Sequence record: PP601403.1 | DNA length: 64,000 nt | Strand: one strand, 5' to 3' | In this document: piece after piece, positions 9,408 through 17,489 of the stretch | Position numbering within the stretch: the stretch's first letter is position 1 | Layout: every line of letters starts with the position of its first letter | The notes under the pieces: generated by a model | What the model was told of the DNA's origin: nothing | The model's database searches: none | The model's input: only the letters and a program-made list of their open reading frames with translations | Translations under genes and position numbers: made by a program

Positions 9408-11549
9408 ATGAGAAAGACGTTAGAGGTTTATAAAGCTAGTACCTACGTTAGGCTCACTGGGTATAAACCGGAATTAGTTAAACAGATATTAATGCCTTTT
9501 TGTAAACGTAACTTTGCAAGAGTTCAAAAAGTTCCAGGTGATTTATACGGAACACATAAGTGGGAAATTACTCATGTGTTTGCGAGATTCAATAACGATA
9601 AAACTGAATTAAGGTTCTGTTCATCGATGCTACCTGAACTAATTAAACTCATGACTAGTTCTGGTTATAAAGAGTCACGTATTTCTATTCAAGACGAAAA
9701 GGTAATTAAACCTAAAAAGGTAGTGTTACCTTTACTCAACCCAAAGATCAAACCAAGGGATGAAGAACAGGAAGAGTTCTGCGAGTTCATGATGAACGAA
9801 GATCCTCTTTCTATTAACAACCTTCCGCCTGGGAGGGGAAAGGCTCAACCTCTTACATCTCTTGTTAAAGTTCCGAATGGTTGGAAGAAGATGGGTGATA
9901 TCAAACCAGGCGATAAAGTTACAGCTTGGGACGGAAGCACCGTTAATGTTCTTTCTATACATCCACAGGGTGTGAAAGACATTTACGAATTTACCTTTGC
10001 TGATGGGAGAATAGCTAAAAGCACCCTAGATCACCTCTGGAAGGTTTTTGATACCGTATCCAATACTTGGGTAGTACTAACAACCAAAGAGATCATACAG
10101 GGTGATGTAAAGCGTTTTTCAATACCATTGTTTAAACCTTCAAAAGAAGAATACGAAGATTTAAATGATCAGTTGGAAATGAACTGTTTGGTAATTGACG
10201 GTAAAGTTGAAGATCAAACCTTTATGGCGAGTCGTGCCGAATACATTACCGAGTTGGTAAGATCATTAGGTGGTATTTGTGAGTGTAAATATACTGATGG
10301 ATTTTTCACAGTAACTGGAGACATAAGTCCTGTAGAAAATAAACTCGGTATTACATCAGTGTTCAAGATCAGTCAAGAAGAAGCTCAGTGTATTTCTATT
10401 GACCATCCAGATCACTTGTACATCACCGATAACTACGTAGTAACACACAACACGTTCTGTGCTTTATTTTCAGCACACCATGTTGGTGAAAGAGTTCTTA
10501 TCACAGTTCTACCAAGGTTCGTTGATATCTGGGTTAAAGCGTTCGGTGAGTTTTACAATATCAAACCTGAAGATGTAGTAGTGGCTGACATCATTGGTGT
10601 ACCTGAGCTACATCAAGCTATAATTAATAACGTGATAGATCCTAAGATCATCATTCTTCCTTTAACTAAGATAGATATATATCTGAAGAAAATGAGAGAT
10701 GATGAAACCCTACCAAGTCTTGATCAAGTGTTCGATGATCTTGGTTGCGGGATACGTGTTATTGACGAAGCACATGAATCGATCTATTCGGTTTATAGTA
10801 GTTTGATGTTTGGTAACCACAAACGTACTTTTGTGTTATCAGGGACATTGAAAGGTGATGACGAATTTGTAAACAAAATTTACAATGCGATCTTTCCTTT
10901 TAGCTGTTACTTGAGATCCCCAGAACACACACCTTACATGCACGTTGTTGCTTATTTCCATCGAATGGATATGAACAAGCATCGTATCAATGTTAAGGGA
11001 TTCGGGGGTTATAGCCATGTGCTGCTCGAGAATGGAATATTAAAGAGACCACAGTTGTTCGAAAGTTATTATCAAATGTTACTGGGTGCTTTTAAACAGT
11101 ACTATTTGGACGATTATCTCGACGGACAGAAATGTTTATGGTTCTTTGCAACGATAGATTTTTGTGAGAAATTCAATGAACGATTATTGGAAGACTATCC
11201 GGATCTAGACTCTATTGTTTTTAATTCTAAAACAAACAAGAAAGATCCTACTGGGTATAGGGAACATCAAAACGTTGTTACCACACCTGGTAGTTGTGGG
11301 ACTGGGCGAGATATACCAAAACTTTACACAGTCATATCCCCAATCGCGGTCTCTTCCTCTCAGCGCAATAACCAGATGGTGTGTCGTACTAGACCAGTAG
11401 ATAAATGGTGGCCTGGCTTAATGCCTAACTTTGTTTACTTGGTCTGTAGTGACATACCTAAACAGGTTGAGTACGGAAGGAAAAGAAGAGAACTATTCCA
11501 AGGCGTTTGTAAGAAATTTTCTATTATCGATAGTGGTGTAAGAATGTAA
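9408..11549 (+). CDS. SF2 (UvsW/DEAD-like) helicase, phiKZ gp75-like, intein-containing
   Basis: Walker A LPPGRGK|T is split by an intein. Walker B VIDEAH, motif III SGT, TTPGSCGTGRDIP, and motif VI QMVCRTR. Confidence 0.88.
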   Translation: MRKTLEVYKASTYVRLTGYKPELVKQILMPFCKRNFARVQKVPGDLYGTHKWEITHVFARFNNDKTELRFCSSMLPELIKLMTSSGYKESRISIQDEKVIKPKKVVLPLLNPKIKPRDEEQEEFCEFMMNEDPLSINNLPPGRGKAQPLTSLVKVPNGWKKMGDIKPGDKVTAWDGSTVNVLSIHPQGVKDIYEFTFADGRIAKSTLDHLWKVFDTVSNTWVVLTTKEIIQGDVKRFSIPLFKPSKEEYEDLNDQLEMNCLVIDGKVEDQTFMASRAEYITELVRSLGGICECKYTDGFFTVTGDISPVENKLGITSVFKISQEEAQCISIDHPDHLYITDNYVVTHNTFCALFSAHHVGERVLITVLPRFVDIWVKAFGEFYNIKPEDVVVADIIGVPELHQAIINNVIDPKIIILPLTKIDIYLKKMRDDETLPSLDQVFDDLGCGIRVIDEAHESIYSVYSSLMFGNHKRTFVLSGTLKGDDEFVNKIYNAIFPFSCYLRSPEHTPYMHVVAYFHRMDMNKHRINVKGFGGYSHVLLENGILKRPQLFESYYQMLLGAFKQYYLDDYLDGQKCLWFFATIDFCEKFNERLLEDYPDLDSIVFNSKTNKKDPTGYREHQNVVTTPGSCGTGRDIPKLYTVISPIAVSSSQRNNQMVCRTRPVDKWWPGLMPNFVYLVCSDIPKQVEYGRKRRELFQGVCKKFSIIDSGVRM
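9843..10451 (+). mobile_element. 203-aa class 3 mini-intein in the helicase P-loop
   Basis: Starts AQPLTSLV, ends VVTHN followed by +1 Thr. Block B STLDHLW and block F AQCISI give the W-C-T signature. Only a LAGLIDADG remnant (ELVRSLGG) is left. Confidence 0.9.
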
Positions 11550-11558
11550 ATAAAAACT

Positions 11559-11590
11559 GACTCTACCAAGCTTTGATGCTTGGTAGAGTC
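11559..11590. terminator. Hairpin terminator
   Basis: gactctaccaagc-tttgat-gcttggtagagtc. Confidence 0.75.
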
Positions 11591-11601
11591 TTTATTAAAG
11601 G

Positions 11602-12105
11602 TTGAGAGAAATGCAAGCTAATTTTAATACGATTACATTCTCGCTTCCTAATGTGAGAAACGAAGAAGTTCTAAATGCTATTGTAACCGGACTAATGTCT
11701 ATTATAGCTAATCAGTTTAACAACGGTGATGAAATGAGTTGTGTTTTTAATAGAGACATTGCTTATTACAGCATGGGAGAAGTTATAACTGATAATGTAA
11801 TGGATGAACAACAGTTCCAATCTTTACATCAACAAGCTGTATCTGGACTAGAACATATATTAACACATCAGTTAACTACTCTAGAAACGCTTGTAACGAC
11901 TTCTGAAGGACTTTCTGATATAATCCCATACGTTTCCCCTGGTGTGATCTTGCTTTACATTAGAGAAGGTTTGGTGAGTAATATCAATGGCACGTACGCA
12001 GGGATAGAAAGTAATAATCAAGCTTATTTCGAATACTGCCAAATAGTAGGAGATAAGCCAAGTAACAGTTTTCTTACTAATGGTGATTTCAGTGAGATCG
12101 TTTAA
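11602..12105 (+). CDS. Acidic hypothetical protein
   Basis: 167-aa ORF, first of three similar-sized acidic ORFs. Confidence 0.65.
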   Translation: MREMQANFNTITFSLPNVRNEEVLNAIVTGLMSIIANQFNNGDEMSCVFNRDIAYYSMGEVITDNVMDEQQFQSLHQQAVSGLEHILTHQLTTLETLVTTSEGLSDIIPYVSPGVILLYIREGLVSNINGTYAGIESNNQAYFEYCQIVGDKPSNSFLTNGDFSEIV

Positions 12106-12490
12106 TCCAGTACCAATTAAAGAAAATAACTTAGAAGTGATAAGTCATCACTTTCTATTACCAAGGTTGTATAAACCAGTGTTTACACCACAAGCTGTTT
12201 TAAACGAATGGTTGGTGTTTGCACTTGGTCAATGTGTGATAGAGAACACTTACTGCCGTGGTCCTTTCTGTTTTATGTCAAATGCTTTCGATGGTATTTT
12301 AGAATCCATCGATCCTGGTGACGTTGATATAATCAATGAGATTATAGAAGAACTACAAGAACAACATGAGTTGTTATTTTCTGATCACGTATTTCAATCA
12401 ATCTGTTTTAGTAATTTAGAGTTTTATAAGTTTAGTTATGAGTTGTACCCAACTTCCGGCAGAATCTTATTTCACGTAGATGAAGACTGA
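12080..12490 (+). CDS. Acidic hypothetical protein
   Basis: 136-aa ORF overlapping the previous stop. Confidence 0.65.
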   Translation: MVISVRSFNPVPIKENNLEVISHHFLLPRLYKPVFTPQAVLNEWLVFALGQCVIENTYCRGPFCFMSNAFDGILESIDPGDVDIINEIIEELQEQHELLFSDHVFQSICFSNLEFYKFSYELYPTSGRILFHVDED

Positions 12491-12524
12491 TTCGTTAACT
12501 AACCTAATTAAAAGAGTATAGACA

Positions 12525-13037
12525 ATGAACGCAATTAACCATACACTCCCCGTGGAACCTTTAGCTATATTTGCAAATCCAGCTCCTGTGATGTTTAAGT
12601 TTAACAGTTGTGATCTTTCTGATTACTTTGAGGGATACAATTCAGAGCAAACTCTAATAGCTCTTGAAGGAGCTTTAAACATTATCTTTAATCCAGATAT
12701 TCTTCTAGCTAGAGTTGATAACACATTAACTACTGCTGAAGATCTAGGTTGGGATAGTATTGAAAATACTTTAACTTCTGAAACTGTTTTTAAATTAGTT
12801 AATCAGCATGATAGTTATACGGTTATGACACATGAAGAGTTAACAGATGCCTTTGCTAACTCTTTTGATTCAATTGTAAATAAACTATCCGAAGATATTA
12901 CTAGTGATCACTTTAACTCTGACGTCTCAACTATATACTCAGAGATGACAACGTTTAATAGTATCACTGTAAACTCTTATCTGTACGAAGAGAGAACTAA
13001 TGTACTAAGAGTATACCTTACTTTCAATATGTATTGA
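12525..13037 (+). CDS. Acidic hypothetical protein
   Basis: 170-aa ORF with RBS-like AGAG, followed by a terminator. Confidence 0.7.
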   Translation: MNAINHTLPVEPLAIFANPAPVMFKFNSCDLSDYFEGYNSEQTLIALEGALNIIFNPDILLARVDNTLTTAEDLGWDSIENTLTSETVFKLVNQHDSYTVMTHEELTDAFANSFDSIVNKLSEDITSDHFNSDVSTIYSEMTTFNSITVNSYLYEERTNVLRVYLTFNMY

Positions 13038-13046
13038 ACATACATA

Positions 13047-13084
13047 AGTTCCCTACCTAACCAATTAAGGTTAGGTAGGGAACT
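13047..13084. terminator. Bidirectional CTACCT-family hairpin
   Basis: agttccctacctaacc-aattaa-ggttaggtagggaact, 16-bp stem between convergent genes. Confidence 0.85.
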
Positions 13085-13101
13085 TTAATTTACTTTTCTA
13101 T

Positions 13102-13359
13102 TTACTGACCAAGGATTTCTTTGTCGAGAATGCCTTTAGCAGAATCACGTTGTACTTGAGCTTCACCAACACTTACTTTGGCTTTTTCAAGTTGAGCTTC
13201 TACTTTACCCAGGTGAGTTTTAGCTGCACCTAGTTTAACTTCAGCAGCGTGATAGTTCTTCAGAGCTTCACTCTGCTCTTTGTACTCAGGGGAGAGTACA
13301 GCGCAACCAGTCAGACCCATAAAGGTCATTGCTACAGCGAGGGTTTTCCACATCTTCAT
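13102..13359 (-). CDS. Small lipoprotein with a coiled-coil body
   Basis: Signal peptide with lipobox LTG|C followed by a heptad-rich helix. RBS GGAG. Confidence 0.75.
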   Translation of the reverse strand: MKMWKTLAVAMTFMGLTGCAVLSPEYKEQSEALKNYHAAEVKLGAAKTHLGKVEAQLEKAKVSVGEAQVQRDSAKGILDKEILGQ

Positions 13360-13404
13360 TTTACTACTCCAGATGTTTATAGTTAAAGGGACATAAAATC
13401 CCCC

Positions 13405-13438
13405 CTATAATTTCTCAGACAGATATAATCCTAATGTA
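13405..13438 (+). promoter_or_regulatory. Putative early promoter (copy 2), upstream of HNH2
   Basis: ctataatttctcagacagatataatcctaatgta. Confidence 0.6.
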
Positions 13439-13470
13439 TCACTACCAGGTGTAAATAAAAGGACAATATA

Positions 13471-14535
13471 ATGAGTGAAAATAATTACGTTTCAGTAGAT
13501 GCTGTATTAACCGATGTATACAAGCCTCTGACAGATATCTTAGGTTTGCAATATGATGGCACCATGAGTTACGAAGAACGTGTTCAAAAGCGTTACAATT
13601 ACGTTAAAGAGCAATTGGAACTAGATCCTAACTATGAAGGTTGGGATTGGGTAGAATATCAAGTTTATAGTAATAAACAAGACGATCTACCAGAACTACT
13701 TTCCAGTGATAAAGCCCTTGTATCCACTAAGGGTAAAATCGCTAAGAAGAAACTTAATACCAAAGGGTTCACTGTTTCTATTGGAACACTAACAGCTAGA
13801 TACCTTCGTATTGAGATTAAGTTCACTAATGGTGAGAATAAACCAGTAGCAGTGCAACGTGTAGTAGCATCTACTTTTGTACCAAGAGATAACACCTTAG
13901 AGGATATTCCATATTTGACACTAACAGTTTCTCACGGTAATGGTGTTCCTACCCATAACCAGTTTAATAACTTGAGTTGGAAAACTAAACAACAAGCTAT
14001 TAATCATAGTTTAAAGGAAAAGCAAACTGAGAAAGTTAAAGTCACTTATCCTGTTGTAGGTACATTTATCAAGGATGGAGAGCATATGAACAAAACTATC
14101 GTATTCAATACACGTAAAGAGATCATCGATAGTGGGTTAGACGTTGTTACTATTTATCAAGTACTCCGGGGAGAACTCCAAACAGCATTTGGTTGTACTT
14201 GGAAATGTACTGATAAAGAACAAACATCTACGCTTCCAGAAAACTTTGAACAAGTGCTTTACTTTATCAAAGCTAATAAAGGGACGGTTGGCCAAGAGGT
14301 TAAACCTATTCTAGCTACTGTAATAAAAGAAGGGCAGTTTAAAGGAACCCGGTTTGTTCTAATGGGAAGAAAAGAGGTAACAGACTCTGGTTTTGATCAA
14401 GCTCATGTTTCTAAGGTATGTAATGGAAAACTCAACTCGCATAAAGGTTGTAGTTGGAAATACATAACTCAAGAAGAAGCTAGTAAAATACCCAGAGGTA
14501 TTACACCAGAACTAAAGTCATACTTGCTAGGCTAA
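13471..14535 (+). CDS. Free-standing HNH-family protein 2 (degenerate active-site motif)
   Basis: Same architecture as HNH1 and HNH3: YEERVQKRY..EQLE.DP N-terminus and two GCTW/GCSW repeats. The HNH motif reads VQRVVA...VSHGNG...NNLSW...QAINHS. Confidence 0.8.
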   Translation: MSENNYVSVDAVLTDVYKPLTDILGLQYDGTMSYEERVQKRYNYVKEQLELDPNYEGWDWVEYQVYSNKQDDLPELLSSDKALVSTKGKIAKKKLNTKGFTVSIGTLTARYLRIEIKFTNGENKPVAVQRVVASTFVPRDNTLEDIPYLTLTVSHGNGVPTHNQFNNLSWKTKQQAINHSLKEKQTEKVKVTYPVVGTFIKDGEHMNKTIVFNTRKEIIDSGLDVVTIYQVLRGELQTAFGCTWKCTDKEQTSTLPENFEQVLYFIKANKGTVGQEVKPILATVIKEGQFKGTRFVLMGRKEVTDSGFDQAHVSKVCNGKLNSHKGCSWKYITQEEASKIPRGITPELKSYLLG

Positions 14536-14540
14536 CAAAT

Positions 14541-14571
14541 ACCTCTACCTCCCAGTCCGGGAGGTAGAGGT
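14541..14571. terminator. Bidirectional CTACCT-family hairpin
   Basis: acctctacctccc-agtcc-gggaggtagaggt. Confidence 0.85.
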
Positions 14572-14579
14572 TATCATCC

Positions 14580-15884
14580 TTATTTAACTATTCTATTTAA
14601 ATCAAGCTTAACCATTTTCAACTGAGAGCTATGCATCCCCTTCATACGCTGAAGCATGATGTGGGTGAAGATAAGAACTGTTTCGGCAGAAACACGGTTT
14701 TGAATAGCGCCTAGCTTTTCTCCGCAGCAAACTTTACAAAGGTTAAAGTCACCTTGTTCGCAGAACTGGGGAACTCTAAATTGCAGTGGTTTACCTAACA
14801 GTGCTTTATCAGCTTTAGTTAATACTTTTAGACCATCGGTAGTTTTATAATAACCACCTACCCAAGATCCGAAACTAAAGTCATTAAGTGTTACTGTTTC
14901 TGTTCTTGGAGTTTGGCAATCAGTATCAATGGCTTCAATACGGTCAGTAAGAAGGATCATTACTTTAACTTCTGCACCACCTTCACCGGTTGCATTACCA
15001 CGGTCATAGGAACCAGAAATAGCAGTATTGATATAAGCTGGATAGTTATCTTTATCCCAACCTTCATTCAACGAGTTACGAAGTAGTTGATACTTACCAG
15101 TATTAAAATCAGGAACCATATCAAATACAACAAACATTTTCTTACGGGCGTTATCAATGAACTTCTTATCAATGAAAAAGTCTTTAGACGGCCCGTTGTA
15201 TTGAATAGAGGCATCAAGTGCTACAACTTCGTCAATGACTTTAGCTACAGCTGCTGCATCATTGAGCTTATTCTCTTTCTCTAGTTCATTAAGTAGTTTA
15301 TCTCGAAGTTTGATTACATCAGGATGAACTGTAAGAACATCTAAGGAAGATGCTTTAACAAATACATCATTAAGACCTTCTAAGTAATCAAGGTTCTTGG
15401 TGATGTTAAGACATTGAGTGACGGATGCTTTATCAGAGGGAATAGTTTCACCTTCTTTAGGATCATCTACCATGATAGAGTCAATAAGACCACGTACTGT
15501 ACCAGAGGTAATTGGTCCATTGATATAACTTGCCGCATGACCAACTGATTCAAAGAAAACGACTAGGTTTACTAACAACAATCCTACAGTCGTTTCAATC
15601 TTCTCTTTAACGAATTCATGAACTGACATATCGACTGTGATTTTATCGTTCTTATTAAAGAGAGCTTTATCGTACTGCGCGTGCTCTATAACAACTTTCT
15701 TACCTTCTTTAAGGAAGTATACTTCTTTAGTGTCAGGATCTCGTAGAAGCGCGTAGGGAACTGTTTTGAGCTTGTTATTGTTAGCTACAGAAGGAGTTAC
15801 AATAGAGAATACTGAAAGTAGAAATGATTTACGATTGTAAGCTCTATTATTAATTGCTTCAAAGAGATAATCAAACTTGTTCAT
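14580..15884 (-). CDS. rpoC: Virion RNA polymerase beta' subunit fragment (phiKZ gp80-like)
   Basis: Bridge-helix-like GSYDRGNATGEGG, DTDCQT, FRVPQFC...LCKVCCG Zn site, and MKGMH. Confidence 0.85.
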   Translation of the reverse strand: MNKFDYLFEAINNRAYNRKSFLLSVFSIVTPSVANNNKLKTVPYALLRDPDTKEVYFLKEGKKVVIEHAQYDKALFNKNDKITVDMSVHEFVKEKIETTVGLLLVNLVVFFESVGHAASYINGPITSGTVRGLIDSIMVDDPKEGETIPSDKASVTQCLNITKNLDYLEGLNDVFVKASSLDVLTVHPDVIKLRDKLLNELEKENKLNDAAAVAKVIDEVVALDASIQYNGPSKDFFIDKKFIDNARKKMFVVFDMVPDFNTGKYQLLRNSLNEGWDKDNYPAYINTAISGSYDRGNATGEGGAEVKVMILLTDRIEAIDTDCQTPRTETVTLNDFSFGSWVGGYYKTTDGLKVLTKADKALLGKPLQFRVPQFCEQGDFNLCKVCCGEKLGAIQNRVSAETVLIFTHIMLQRMKGMHSSQLKMVKLDLNRIVK

Positions 15885-16755
15885 CTAGTTTAACCTTTTC
15901 CAATAGAGTTTGTGCTTTGTAAATCTCATCCATATTTTCGGCGACTTCTTCTAACAAAGCGAAATATTGGGATTTGATTTGACCATCAGTAAGATCAGAG
16001 ATAAGCATTAGGGAAAGAACTTGCTTAAAGTAATCTAGTTTGTTCTCAGTAAGTTTTATCCCAAGATCGGAAACAAACAAGGTCATTAATACTTCTAGAG
16101 AGAGTGTAGAAGCACCACCTTTAGTAATGTGTTCCCAAGCTAAGGTTTCTTTAAGAAACTCTTTATTAGCTTGTACACGACGTTTAATGGTAGGTTCCAT
16201 GTATTCAGTGTCATCGTTATCTAGGATATTTAAACCAATGAGAATACCTTTGGTAACATTAGGAGAAACCTCCTTAATCATATAAGGGAAGTTCTCTAAA
16301 TCATAATCTGGTTCAACACGTTCAATGACACGAATGAAACGTTCCTTAGCATCGATCAATTCGTCATCCAGGATCTCTACCAGTTGCATTAAATCGTCCA
16401 TACCGTCTAGAGTATAAATAGTATCTAGAATGTGGACAAGATCTTTCAAGCTATCTGGTGAAACATAATCGTAATCGATGATAATTCCCATCATCTGTAA
16501 ACAATCTACTATGCTGTCGATCAGAAGTTTTCTGATATGCATAACAGTGTCAGATGTTTCAAGGGATTCGTCAATTAAGATATTGGTAATCTGGATGTCA
16601 TTTCCATTCTCAGGAAGAGAAATAGAAATTAAGTTATACGCATCCTTGAATAATATAGCTGCTTCAGGCATTAACCTTGCAGCAAAATCCTGCCACATCT
16701 CGCCTAAATTTTCTACAGCAAGATTTCTGTCTCCAAGATCAATTATCTCAGACAT
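15871..16755 (-). CDS. Acidic hypothetical protein, probably virion-associated (phiKZ gp79-like)
   Basis: 294-aa ORF coupled to vRNAP beta'. An ATGTTATG motif lies ~35 nt upstream. Confidence 0.6.
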   Translation of the reverse strand: MSEIIDLGDRNLAVENLGEMWQDFAARLMPEAAILFKDAYNLISISLPENGNDIQITNILIDESLETSDTVMHIRKLLIDSIVDCLQMMGIIIDYDYVSPDSLKDLVHILDTIYTLDGMDDLMQLVEILDDELIDAKERFIRVIERVEPDYDLENFPYMIKEVSPNVTKGILIGLNILDNDDTEYMEPTIKRRVQANKEFLKETLAWEHITKGGASTLSLEVLMTLFVSDLGIKLTENKLDYFKQVLSLMLISDLTDGQIKSQYFALLEEVAENMDEIYKAQTLLEKVKLDEQV

Positions 16756-16794
16756 AAGTCATGTTCCCATTCTGTTATTAAAGGAGTTCATAAC

Positions 16795-17487
16795 ATGAGC
16801 AAAAAGGCCCAACAAAATGCAGCTGCAAAACGCGCTCGTCGTAACACTGCGAGTAAAGTAAAACGTAGTGATCGTAACGCTAAAGGTGTCAAGGTTCTAC
16901 CTGGTCGCAGACCCGCTCGTGGTAACGAAGCACTGACTGCATTGGCACAAGCTCTCTCTCGTTCTAACCTTGATGATCCACTCCAGTACATCCTTGATGG
17001 CGGTAAAAGTGAAGGTGAATTCAATCCGCAATCATTGATCAAAACCTCCCGTAAAGCTGTAGGCGAAGTTTACAAACTGTTTAGTTATGTAGTGTTGGCT
17101 GAACGTTTGGTACAACAGAAAGCTTTTGTACATGACTTTGCTTGCGATCTGGATCGTGTTACTAATGAACTGATCGAGATTGATCGTCAAGTTATGCGTT
17201 TGCCTAAACTGGCAGAAATTGATCTGGAATCTTTCACCATCGACATGCTTGATATTGGTGGTTACGTAGAGAACCTGGCTGATCAACTTTATACCGAGAT
17301 TGAAGCACTTGAGAAACACAGCTTCGTTATTGAAGATCGCCTCAATAAAGCAGCTCATGATTTCCAAGTTTCTCACCCAGAAGTTACCGAACAAGATGCT
17401 CGTTTGGTAATCATGGAAACTATTTCTCAGGAACGTGTTAATAAGTTCCGTCAACTGCAACAACAAGCCGAAACTGCTGAGGTTTAA
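16795..17487 (+). CDS. Conserved hypothetical protein with an Arg/Lys-rich N-terminal arm
   Basis: 230 aa with RBS AAGGAG; N-terminus KKAQQNAAAKRARRNTASKVKR. Confidence 0.75.
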   Translation: MSKKAQQNAAAKRARRNTASKVKRSDRNAKGVKVLPGRRPARGNEALTALAQALSRSNLDDPLQYILDGGKSEGEFNPQSLIKTSRKAVGEVYKLFSYVVLAERLVQQKAFVHDFACDLDRVTNELIEIDRQVMRLPKLAEIDLESFTIDMLDIGGYVENLADQLYTEIEALEKHSFVIEDRLNKAAHDFQVSHPEVTEQDARLVIMETISQERVNKFRQLQQQAETAEV

Positions 17488-17489
17488 TA

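Noticed and set aside
13360-13470. Duplicated C-terminus of vRNAP beta' beyond HNH2 (and of DNA polymerase beyond HNH3 at 23787..23854)
   Set aside because: I looked for the counterpart of the HNH1 duplication and found none; these two are ordinary intergenic insertions as far as visible.
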